Of a stretch of DNA of 64,000 bases, positions 39,501-50,464 are shown one piece after another. The stretch comes from Chrysomallon squamiferum (taxonomy: Eukaryota > Animalia > Mollusca). The stretch spans positions 1,736,001-1,800,000 of the forward strand of contig CM022665.1 in the NCBI GenBank assembly GCA_012295275.1. Reading direction: 5' to 3'. Numbering within the stretch: position 1 is the first letter of the stretch; each line of letters begins with the position of its first letter. The translations under genes and the position numbers were made by a program. The notes under the pieces were generated by a model, which made no database searches, was not told the DNA's origin, and saw only the letters and a list, made by a program, of their open reading frames with translations.

Positions 39501-41427
39501 GTGTTTGAAAAATCTAATAACAGCAGTTCCAAACTGCTTTGTTTAAACCACTGTGCCTTTTGTGATATTCTAATTCAATAAAATTATTTTGGTAACTTTT
39601 AGAATTACAAAAATCTAATTCTGTTAATCACTGGTAAACATTTTTCCTTTTTTTGCTTTCAGTATTTAAGCTTTAGAGAAAATAGATGCATTGTAACTGA
39701 TTAATGAAATAAAAGAACATGTAATAATAGATATATTGTTTACTTACAAAATACATTCTATTTTAATTGATATCTTGAATTTGATAAACACTTACTTTTG
39801 CATCATGGTTCAGAACTGTAATGTTATTGGGTTTTTTTTTATTACTGCAGGGTATCGACCAAATATTGGACAACCAGGAAGAAGACCAACTCAAGGTATT
39901 CTATATAAAACTGTTGAGACTTTGTAGTGTTTGAAAGTAACTCTGTGTAATATTGATAATCTTATGCTTAAAATAAATTTAAATTCTATATATATTTTCA
40001 GTATGCAAGTTTTGTAAATTTTAGCAGTTTTAATTGGTATTTTATTTTTATTCAATAAGTTCAGTAAATTTTTTATCACCATTTGACTGAATACATAACT
40101 GAAAGGTGCAGTACACAAATGTACAACACATACACTGTAAATGTACATGTATATTTGTGTGTCTGTCAGTATTAGTTTAATTACAGAAATATTTTACTAG
40201 GTACCGATAATAAATTATTATTAGAGCAAAGACATTAATATTAAATATTTATAATTCTAGTAATTATGATTTTTAGTATTGCTACTTGTGTTTTTGAAAT
40301 AGTAAATGGTCATTTATATAAAAAAAAAAGTAGGAAAAAATCTAGATGGAAGCAAATGTTATAGTGTACATTACCATTTCAGTTCAGTTGTTTTTTTAAC
40401 AGTTAAATATAGTAGCTTTATCGTTTGCAGTGTAGGTAAATATTTTTTTTAAAGTTCCATATTAAATGAACAAGAATTAAGCTTTAATAAATATCTGACT
40501 TTGAGCCCAGGATAACTGTAAACACATTTATTTTTAATGAAATAAATTAACAAATGATCAAAATTTGTATTTTTTATAATATAGATTTACAACCAGGCTT
40601 GATTAACCAGCATGATAACAATGGCAAATCACTGGAGCCAACTTCATCCAGAACTTCACAGCATTTAAATAATGCTGTCTTAGACAAAGGTATCTAACTT
40701 GGTTTTATAACTCTTGTCTTCTAATTTAAAGGGATTTGCTAGTTGAAAAATGATAGAATTTGAAGAAACAAAATAGTTTTATGAAACTGGTAAGGAAGTC
40801 TTGATCCATAAATACAAGTGTCATCTGTTGCCATAATTACATTTCCAGTTTTAGTTCATCATACATAATTAATAATAATAATAACAAAGTTCAGCTTGTT
40901 TTTAGGAGGGAGGAGGTTGTTGTTTGTAACCAATTAATTTTGTGTTTTTAGATGTCCCTACACAAGGAAGCAGTTCAAAACAGCCTGAGAGTAATGATAG
41001 TGAAAACAAAGATGACAGTAAAAGTTCTCAAGAGAAGACAATTTTGCAGAAAGCTAAGACAGAAAAGGAAACACACACCACACAAACCATTCCAGCTGAC
41101 AAACATTCCAAGACTGATAAAAAAGAGAAGCCTGTGGAAAAAATTGTAAAAAGTAACTCCAATCAGAAAACGGAATCAAAAACAAAGCAGGATGAAATCG
41201 AGATACTGGAGAAGGAATCATTTGTAACAAGAGAAAAGGTGATTGTGGCTAGTCCTACTGACAGTGCACAGGGACCTATTGTTGCTTTGTCTCTTGGACT
41301 TGCTATTACTCTCGTATTGCTGGTATTTGTTGGATGTCGCTTACGTAATGTACGGAGGAGGTTACGGAAAGGTCGGCCTTTGCATTCAAATGAAGCCGAT
41401 TATTTGATTAATGGCATGTATTTGTAA
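31787..41427 (+). CDS. LRP11: LRP11/MANSC-family type I membrane protein (signal peptide, MANSC, Thr/Pro linker, EB/EGF-like module, LDLa, long low-complexity stalk, [11 protein letters not shown] tail); join(31787..32143,33398..33653,35777..35890,36602..36748,37868..38869,39851..39895,40585..40689,40952..41427), 833 aa
   Basis: Signal peptide [21 protein letters not shown] motifs [38 protein letters not shown]. LDLa C..FEC...CI....[35 protein letters not shown] followed by [11 protein letters not shown] and the LRP11/MANSC1-type tail [11 protein letters not shown]. All eight exons join in frame at GT-AG sites (2502 nt). Confidence 0.85.
33398..33653 (+). CDS. LRP11: LRP11-like exon 2 (C-half of MANSC + Thr/Pro linker)
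   Basis: polyT-TAG|ACAAAT...ACTG|GTAAGT; [28 protein letters not shown]...[25 protein letters not shown]. Confidence 0.88.
35777..35890 (+). CDS. LRP11: LRP11-like exon 3 (six-Cys EB/EGF-like module)
   Basis: TTTCAG|TTACT...TGTC|GTGAGT; [37 protein letters not shown]. Confidence 0.82.
36483..36517. repeat. (CA)n microsatellite
   Basis: Direct reading. Confidence 0.9.
36602..36748 (+). CDS. LRP11: LRP11-like exon 4 (LDL-receptor class A repeat)
   Basis: TTTGTAG|GACAA...AAAG|GTTTGC; [48 protein letters not shown]. Confidence 0.88.
37868..38869 (+). CDS. LRP11: LRP11-like exon 5 (1002 nt; acidic then Pro/Tyr/Gly/Gln-rich disordered stalk)
   Basis: Track ORF 37879..38907; acceptor CATTAG|CA, donor GGAG|GTATAA; phase 1-1. 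Confidence 0.8.
39851..39895 (+). CDS. LRP11: LRP11-like exon 6 (45 nt)
   Basis: CTGCAG|GGTATC...CAAG|GTATTC; [14 protein letters not shown], phase 1-1. Confidence 0.75.
40585..40689 (+). CDS. LRP11: LRP11-like exon 7 (105 nt)
   Basis: ATATAG|ATTTAC...AAAG|GTATCT; [34 protein letters not shown], phase 1-1. Confidence 0.72.
40952..41427 (+). CDS. LRP11: LRP11-like exon 8 (stalk, TM helix, cytoplasmic tail)
   Basis: TTTTTAG|ATGTC; ends [14 protein letters not shown]. Confidence 0.9.
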
Positions 41428-43069
41428 AAGCCATTTTAACTATTTCACATTGCATTACAATTTGTTACAAAAATGTTATTGTATTTAACAGGTTTCTCTG
41501 TAACCGTTAGCTTAATTTCAGTGCATATATTTAATAATTTAATGTGACTTTCACTGTATGTCTTCTATACATTATACACGGTAAAGTAGCCAGAAAATCT
41601 TAATAATCAAAATTTTAAATATTCACATATCTTGGCATTTGTTCAAGATTGTAACGCAAAGTCGTAAATTTTTAATATAAAGGCATTAACAGATTTTCAT
41701 TTTATTATTTTCTTTTTTATTGAAATATTTAACATTTGTTTATATAGTTACATATTTGGATGGAAAATCCTAATTTCAAAAACTGGATTTTATTGTTCAG
41801 ATTTTGTTTTTATACTTAAATGCTGTGTGCAATAACACTGTTTGAAAGTTTAATCAAATATTTACATTCCATGAATGATATAATTTGTTATTAAATACAT
41901 ATTTTTTATCCTGTGGATTGAAGTAAAACATTTTTGTTATGCATGTTCAATACATATTTGAATAAAAGCATTATAATTATTAAAATAATTCCAGGGTTGA
42001 TTTTAGCCCCACCTGAAGATAGTTGAAATGGAAAATTAATTTATCTAACTTGTTAAAGTGAGCTTAAATAGTTTTGTATGTCATTTTTTTATTTGAACTA
42101 GCAGCAAAATAACACACTATAAAAATCTTTGCTAACTGCAAGATAATCCAAATTTTATGTAGAAAGGCGGTAAACTCTCCCCAAAAACTTTACAGGTTTT
42201 TTTTACTAAAATGCACAATTCTGCATGTGATCTCAGTTTGTACATTAAAACTTTTCTACGACATCTATTTTTTTTCTTTTCTTTTTTATTTAATGTTTTC
42301 TTCTTTTTTTTCAGTCAATTTACATTTGTCACTTCATTCTGATTTGATTGGTTGTGATTACAGTTACACAAATTTCTATAATTTTGTCACTGATGTTCAT
42401 TCCTACTGGTTTTTTTCAGCATTTAGTCTTTGATCTATTTTATACAAATATTTATATATCTTATGTTAGCATTTATATGTTTGCAAACTTTTTATTGTAA
42501 AAAAATTAAGTTAAATGAGATTATTTCTTGTTACTATTGTCCTTTCTCTGTTATATTATAAAAAATTCTTTATTACTGTTACTTTTGTTTTTTAACACAC
42601 ATTGGTATGTGGCACTCATTTCAATCACTGCCATGAGCATTAGATGTTTGTATATTTGTTGTTTTTTAACTTTTGCACTGTTGCTTATATAAATTCAGTT
42701 TTGTACTCAACTCGGAACCAGTCTGGAATAAATAAAATCAATGTACTGGAAGATAATAGCTCATCAGTTGTACTTAATAAAATTGATAAAATTCAGTCTC
42801 TTAAAATTATTGGTGCCTAGGTCCAATTGCAACAATTGATGAGTGAATGTTTTGGAACCCATTTACAAAACTTTTAATAATCATAATATTGATAATTCAG
42901 ATAATTATTCACTTTGTTACTAAAATCTGTAAAAATAATTATTGACTGATGTGGCTATTTAACATTATTTCAGGAAGCTTGACAATTTTTTTTAATGCTA
43001 GAATGTAGGACAGTTGTTAATAATAGTTTTTAGTTGTCTGTGATACGAACTTTATGTAACTTTTGAAAG

Positions 43070-43221
43070 AATAAACTATTATTTTCACCTTAGCCATTGT
43101 TTGTTTTACTTTTCCTTTGAGTGTCAAGTTTAAATAAAAAGAAGAAATCACTTCTTTTAAATATATATCTACTACCTACAAAAACAAACCAAAACAAACT
43201 AATTAAACAAATGCATTTATT
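43070..43221. terminator. Candidate convergent polyadenylation region (LRP11-like + strand vs minus-strand transcript)
   Basis: AATAAA at 43070 followed by T/GT-rich sequence, AATAAA at 43133, minus-strand AATAAA (TTTATT) at 43216-43221; + strand changes from T-rich to A-rich here. Confidence 0.4.
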
Positions 43222-46200
43222 AAGCAAATGTATTCACAATAAATTCAAAAAACTTCCCTGAAAAGCCAAATAAAAAAAAATTGGTCAGACTTCATGCTAC
43301 TTACTAAAATACCTTGTGCTGATATGTAAGTTTTTAAAAACGATGAAATGCTAGTATAGGAAATGGGCTCCATTACTGAATTTATAACAGTTATTAGTTA
43401 ATTGTTTTATTAAATTTAGATCTAAATATGAATTTCAAATTGTTTAACTTTTTGTCTTGCAATTTTCCAAAAAATATTTATATCTTTCACTATTCACTGT
43501 TATTTAACGTGAAATTTTGACCAATTCTTTTTAAAAAGCCATGTGGTATTCAGACAAGCAAATATACAAATTAACAGAACAAACTTTGGACATGTGTTAA
43601 ATTATTACAACAACAACATCTAAATTAAAACAAAAGTTGGAAATGGAAACTAATGTTTAAAAAAATAATCTAACAATAAACCTACTGAACGCAGTAAGTA
43701 TTAAAATTTAGAACATTTTCTGCTTAAATTAAATTAGCTGGAAGAAAAGGTTTTACAGCTTTTCATTTATTTTTTTTATTGTTTATGTGGTTAAGAGGCC
43801 ACAATAGTTTGGTCTATAAAATAACCAAATCCAAAAAAAAAAAATTTAAAAAATTAAAAATCGACTTTTGCAGCAGATTGCTTTTAAAATCAACATTTTG
43901 GTTGCTGTCCTAAGACATCCAAAATTCAAGTAAAACAAAGATTGTGCAACAGATGAAACAAAAATGTTTCACATTTTATGTTCATTTTTTTTTAAAACTA
44001 AAAATACAACTTTTGAAAATTGCTGCACTGTAAACAAAAAGTGAAATAAGAAATACATGTTGTTTATCTAGAAGTAAAACATTTGAAAATGACTGCATAG
44101 TAAACAATCTAGGATGAAACTTTATTTCAGATAAATAAAGAAAACAACAGTAAAGATAAAAAATGAATAATTCAGACAATAATTAAAAACTGAAATGGCT
44201 ACCATACATTATCAAAATGGAGCAAACAAATATTGTTTAATCCAGTGAATACCAGTAACAACAGATTTATTATATAAAGAAGTTAAAAAACAGGATAACT
44301 TCAAGTGAACTAGCAATACAACCAATGGAACAATCATTTAACAAACCAAAAACACAACTCTTTAGAAATACTTCATTATATACAATCATAAATAATATTT
44401 TAAAAATATAAAATTGAAGGGAAATAACTCAAAATTAACCGGAACAATTTACTCTTAATGTAAATAATTTGCATTTAACAATTTTTATCCATAATACTAA
44501 CCTTATTATTTAATATTATAAATTTAATAAGATGAAATTATCTAAATCTTCCTGTTCTCAAAACGTTTTCAATTGCATTATATAGCACAATGCCTGTAAT
44601 TATGATTATTTTTTGTAAATGTATATTTTGGCACAAAAATTAAATATAAATTAAAAAAGAAATAAAGTAATTATTCTTTCTTTCTTTCTTTTACCAAATG
44701 AAATTAATTTTTTCCGGACTGGCATTTTGGAATTTTTACATATTGTGTCTTATTTAAAAAAAAAGAATAATAATAAGTAAACTTTGCTCATGCATATTCA
44801 TTTCTCAAATTACTGTATATTTTATTCCTTTAGTATTAACAGAGAAAGTAATTATTTTTTCTTTTCACTGTACCAAATAAGCTACAATAAATAAACTATA
44901 TATACAAAGATAAAAAAAGATCACACATGTACACAAACAGTAAAAACTTTTTATCATCACCGGAAAAGAAAATGTTGCTTAGTGTTGTATGCTGAACTTG
45001 AATCATGACAATATGCCACAAAGATTAACTGTAAATTAACTGAGCTTTGTTAATCAGATAAATCAATACTGGAGAGTATATTTTACATTTTACTTACAAA
45101 ACCTTATTAAAATTTTCTGTTCAGAATCAGAATATTTTAAGGTAACTGTTATGTGTATAAAATATGTACAAATTCAGTGATTTGTTAAGAGAACAATTTT
45201 CTTTAGATGATTCATCAAATTTTATTCTATAATTACAGGAAAGGCTTGTTTAATGGCCTTTTATCTCGTTTTCTAAGAAGTAGCAATAATTAATTTACAG
45301 CAAGTACACCCTTATTTTTACTACTCAGCACAAAGTTAAAGAAATTTAGAAACAAACAAAAAACAACTATTTGCTTCGTTTTTTACTAGGCTGTTAATTA
45401 TGGTTTGTCACATGCATCAATGAAAAAGAGTATTAATAACAGGATTCAGCACTATTCATGGTAACAAGTTCAAAAATAACAACATCCTCCCAAAATAGTG
45501 GAGGTTTTTTGAGTGTTTTTTGTTAGTTTTACTTGCATTTTTATCTAAAAATGTAATATAACATTTTAAAAAAAATTAGAGATGTCATGGCCTATACTAT
45601 TGCAACAAAAAAGTGAAAGGTAACAGAAATGTATAACTGAACAGACTAACAGCAAATACAGTACAAGAGTTCATGTCAGCCAATACCTACTTGCTGTGCT
45701 CTGTTGGTACAAGTGAAGTTGTTCTTAATATGTTGTAAATAAGATACACAGTGAAGCTAGAGTAACAAGGTTTTCTAAAATACTGATTTAAAAAGTCTCT
45801 TAAATATTGTCTGTTCATCTTCTTTAACATTTTGTGATTTCGTAAAATAAACAATGTTCTTCAATCAGAAATTGTGTGTGATAGTTACACTATCAGACTA
45901 CATCTTAATACCAAATGATTATCTTTAAAGATTTACCAAAAATAAATCCAAACAGTTTTAAATTATAAAATAACATTTACAAACAATTTTGAATAATACA
46001 AAAGAGTTATCATTATTCACATAACATGTCATAAGCTTGTAGGTAGAAATAAACAAAGACAATAAAATAGAAAAAAAAAATAATAATAAACAACAGTAAC
46101 AAAATTCTTCATAGTAACAATTTTTTTTGGAAGTAATATTAAAAAGCAAAATACATGTTTGACACAAGTTTATCTATTATTAATAGTGTTTAATTTTAAA

Positions 46201-46674
46201 AACAATAAAAATTAAGTCCTTTTGATATCAATAAAGGACTACTTCAGTTTGTTTACATAAACCCTTAGATATAATTTCTTAAAACTACAAAAGAATATTT
46301 GATTAACAATATATAATGGTTAATATAGTAATGTGGTTCATGTTTCAAGATTTAAAAAAATAATAATTAAAAAACATAATTACTGGCTAATAAATAGAGT
46401 AATAAAAAGTTTTATTATATATTTAATATACCTTCATTCTTTTTATTTAAGAAATGAAAAAAAAAAATGTATGTACTCTTGCAAAAATATTTATTTATTA
46501 TTATTATTTTAACAAAAAAAAAAACAACTACAAAATTAACAGGAATTAATAAGTATTAACGACTAATTAATTTTGTCAAAATCTGTTGAGAACTGATGAT
46601 ATAATCAAAACAGTTGTCTTGTGTTATGATCTTGTTTGTGTGGAATTCTCTTCAAGGTTCCATTCACAGCACAT

Positions 46675-47102
46675 CTATAGTTCTTCAAAACTCAGTTTTT
46701 GATCTAAAATAAATAATTTTAACATAAATGTAACAATGAGATTAATATTGCAAACTACTTTCAACTACTGTTACTAACATCATTGATGACTACAGTAACA
46801 ACTGATTTCACTAAATCATTGGGTTTTTTTCCCACATATGTAATGTCTATAGTCTAATTAAAAACAATTAACAATGATAATTTTTATCTTGAAGTGTGCA
46901 ATAAATACATTAGTTTTTGAAAATGGATATTTAAACTACTGTATCTTCATTCTTTCTCACTTAAAATTTAAAAAAAAAAAAAATTATCTTAATATATATC
47001 ACATTTAATAAAATAACAATACTTACAGAAACTTGAAGTATCAGGCTGTGTCAACAACCATTTGCATACTTTATAAAATAATTTTATTGTCGTATTAGCC
47101 AT
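46675..47102 (-). CDS. Candidate spliced small ORF, complement(join(46675..46703,47027..47102)), 34 aa MANTTIKLFYKVCKWLLTQPDTSSFYQKLSFEEL; could instead be a noncoding transcript
   Basis: TGCGCATG motif ~30 nt upstream, gctATGG Kozak context, open frame to TCT|GTAAGT donor, phase-compatible acceptor at 46703. No recognised homology. Confidence 0.25.
46685..46703 (-). CDS. PCMT1: Putative alternative terminal coding exon of PCMT1 giving ...QWPRSKTEF*
   Basis: Acceptor ATTTATTTTAG|ATCAAAAACTGAGTTTTGA. Joined to internal donor CCAAG|GTGGAG (49215|49214) it reads R-S-K-T-E-F-stop. Confidence 0.45.
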
Positions 47103-47140
47103 AGCAAAACGGTGACAAGTTTTTCAACAGTGCGCATGCC
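47090..47140 (-). promoter_or_regulatory. Orphan promoter-like element
   Basis: GCCAT at 47098 and TGCGCATGC at 47131 have the same arrangement as the B4GAT1 promoter; several CpGs between ~47090 and ~47700. Confidence 0.4.
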
Positions 47141-48270
47141 TATGACCTTTTAATGTTTCTCTTACTATGATACATTCAGTAAATTTTAAATGCTATGTGT
47201 ATAAAATCTAGAGAGGTATTCTGAAACTGTTTACTTAATTCTGCCTGATCCAACGTTAAGGGCATAATTTTCTTCCGATATTTCATTAAATGTCAAGAAT
47301 GTCTTGTTTAACATTATCTTACCTTGTCTAATTTAGTTAGGGTATATTTTGATCCATTTAATACTAGTATTTTCTTGTTGCTGACATTATGACATTAATA
47401 CATGTGTTTAAAAACAAAAATTAAACGCAACCACTGAACTACTACCAGAAAGCAGCGGTCTTATAATGGTTCAAAATGTGAAAATTTTGTCATAATTTTT
47501 AAATGTTATAAAGCTTTATTACAAATATTCCACAAACTTCAGTATTTTTTATAAAATCATTAATCAAAAAATTATTCTGGGAATAATAAAGATGAACAAA
47601 TCTTTGAACCGAAACAAAGATAATTAACCTAGCTAGGTTTAACTTGGAAATTCTGATCATTACTAAATTAATAAACTTTAATTAAATCAAGCTCACGGTA
47701 ATAACATACCTGACATTAACTTGCAGCTATGAACTACAGCATGATGCAAACCTACCTGGAACAAATTTAAGAGAATTATACAAACATAAAAATATAAGAC
47801 AACAATTGAAACTGAAATTTAAAAAAAATAAAAATAAACCCACAATAAAAACACTAAAAAAGAAATTAAATTTAATAAAAAAAACAGAAAATGTAAAATC
47901 AGGTTTATGATAAAATAGTCATTTATGTCATTTTATATATATATATATAAAACACTTCATTAAAAATAATTTTAAAAAACAAATTACTAAAAAAATAATA
48001 ATAATAATATTTATAACAGAATGATTCAAATCACAAACAATGAAAGACATAAAATCGTAACATTCCTTTACCTTGTTTTAATATTTTCTCTAATAATATA
48101 TTTTAATTTTGGATTTGATTAAAAGAAAAATCATTATAATAAAATGCATTTTTTTATTACAGAACTAGCTATACAGGTTATTATCCAGGAAATGTGCTTT
48201 ATGTTCTTACTTTTTATTCGATGAAGATAAACAAACAACTATATTTTCTTAAGTCAAAAAAAAAAAAAGA

Positions 48271-48309
<39 letters not shown>

Positions 48310-49204
48310 TATATAAGCCAAGGTATATTTGGTTAACAAGTGGATGACTGATTAGTAAGAAATATATAGACTACATAGAGTGTTACTGGACACAAACCAA
48401 AACAAATTAAAAAATAAACAAAATGTTTCTGATGAATTAATACAAGACATAAATACAACTGTTTATCAGAAGGGTAAATAGTCAGTGTTTATTAATTCAC
48501 ATAACAAATAAGTTTTTTCAAGGATCGTTTTCTTAGCATTGGGATCTAGAAAGATAACTGCTTCCAATTTTAGATTTTAAAACATAAGATTAGGATAAAA
48601 AGGTGAATGCAAAAATGGACTCAAATAAAAATAATGTGTAGCTTAAAAACAAAATAAATCATTTGCTAGGGTCTGCCTGTTCCATATCCATTTAACCTTC
48701 AAACTGTTTTCTTCAATGATTTTAATTTATGAAAGAACTGGTTCCAAATAAAAAGCAAAAGCAAACATATCAAGGCCGTATTATTATATTCTTTATAATA
48801 AACAGACTGTTTGGTCTTGCTTATATGTAACAGTTGAAATAAATCCTCCTCGTGAATGAGAATCAGTTTTAATCCCATGCTTAAAACAAAATAATCTTTA
48901 CATGTTATATTTTGGTTGTCCACAAAATAATTTTGTTCATGTTCTAAGTCTAAAATGCCACAGAAATGTTTCAGAGTAGCACCCTTTTCCTACATTTTTA
49001 TGACTATCATTTGTTTCAAACACCAAACATCCAAAAATAATAAGAGGCATGGAACACAGATGAATGAATTAAGTGTTACAACTCTAGAAAAGAGACAGCA
49101 CCAGACACCACTACCAGAAGCAATATTACACGCTCAGAGTGCGCACTAAATTTTACATCGCTGGTACTGAAGCACATGGGGCACCTGAATTCCATGCAAA
49201 AAAC

Positions 49205-49384
49205 CTAGCTCCACCTTGGCCATTGCTTTTCCTTGCTTGTCAGAGGTACGTAGATAACTCCCATCAGGTTCTTCTTAACAACCTGTCCGTCTAGAGTCTT
49301 GTCAATCTGCATCAGTTTCTGGCTCTCCCCTTGAGGACCTACTGGAATAATGAGTCGACCTCCAGGTTTCAACTGTTTTATCAA
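49205..49384 (-). CDS. PCMT1: PCMT1 exon 5 (RWS* isoform end)
   Basis: CTACAG|TTGATAAAA...TGGCCAAGGTGGAGCTAG. Confidence 0.93.
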   Translation of the reverse strand: MIKQLKPGGRLIIPVGPQGESQKLMQIDKTLDGQVVKKNLMGVIYVPLTSKEKQWPRWS

Positions 49385-50431
49385 CTGTAGAAAAACAAAA
49401 TAACATTTTCAAATTTAAATAAACTATAAATTCAGTAGTACTAGAATATATTTAAAAATCAGATGGGATAAAGGAGGGGGTTGCTCAAAATCAAAAAACA
49501 GTATTTTTTTTATCCACATTTTCCTTCTACTCATGTTTCTAAATGTTTTGTTTTTAATGAACAAAATTTGCCTGTTTTTAACTAAATTTTAAATAAATAT
49601 TTAAACTGCACTAGAAATGGGTGTCATATTTTGTAGCAAATAAAAATAAAAATGTTAAAAGAGATATTAAGTTAACAGTTACATCTTCTGGCAAGACTGG
49701 CGCTGCAGCTCCAACATGTATAGCGTCATAAGGTGCATCAGGTTCATATCCCAGTCTACCATCACCAACCACAAGTTTCAAATTGCCCTTCTTTAAAAGG
49801 TTTTTAGTTGCTGGATCCTTGTTGACATTTTTAACAGAATCAGAAACTAGTTCATCCATGTGATCAATACCCACTGCCAGACCTTTATCTCCTACCTAAA
49901 AGAAATATGCTAGAAATAGGTTTTGAATATTTTACATATCTGCATAAAACTTAAGCAGATTGATGTGTTAACATGGTTGGGTGTTTTTCTGGGGGTTTTT
50001 AAGCAGATGAATCAAACAATGTTCATACTTTGTCTTTGTTTGAAATTTGTAATATGTTTTTAAAAATATACATTTTTGAGGAAGCTGAAATATAAAAGTA
50101 TTATACAATTACTTTTTTGTTATTTTAGATCATTAACATTATTATAAAATTATTTATAAACAACTGTGTGCCACTCTGAGGATATAGATATTAATTCTTG
50201 AACTGTCAAATATTATGGATAATGACTGGATAACCTACAAGCAGTGCCATACAAGCAGTGAGATAGCCACTTCCTGAACCAACATCCAGAGCTCGTTTTC
50301 CTTCTGACAAGTGATCAACTAACAACTCCAAGGCATGTGCATGCTGTATTAAAATACAATTTATCAAATATAAGCCCACAAATCTGACTACATTATATAT
50401 ATATATATATAAATATGTATATGTATGTATG

Positions 50432-50464
<33 letters not shown>

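Noticed and set aside
45121-46615. TGATGA/CTGA motifs suggesting box C/D snoRNA or hammerhead cores (near 45174-45218 and 46593)
   Set aside because: Spacing too short or no stem II/GAAA core; expected by chance in AT-rich DNA.
47323-47327. Possible 5-nt minus-strand microexon ACAAG (TAG|ACAAG|GTAAGA) that would shift PCMT1 into the QKLSFEEL frame
   Set aside because: No pyrimidine tract at the acceptor; too speculative without reads.
49891-50238. GTAGG repeated at the start of PCMT1 intron 3 and exon 4
   Set aside because: Only 5 bp and largely dictated by donor consensus and Val-Gly codons.
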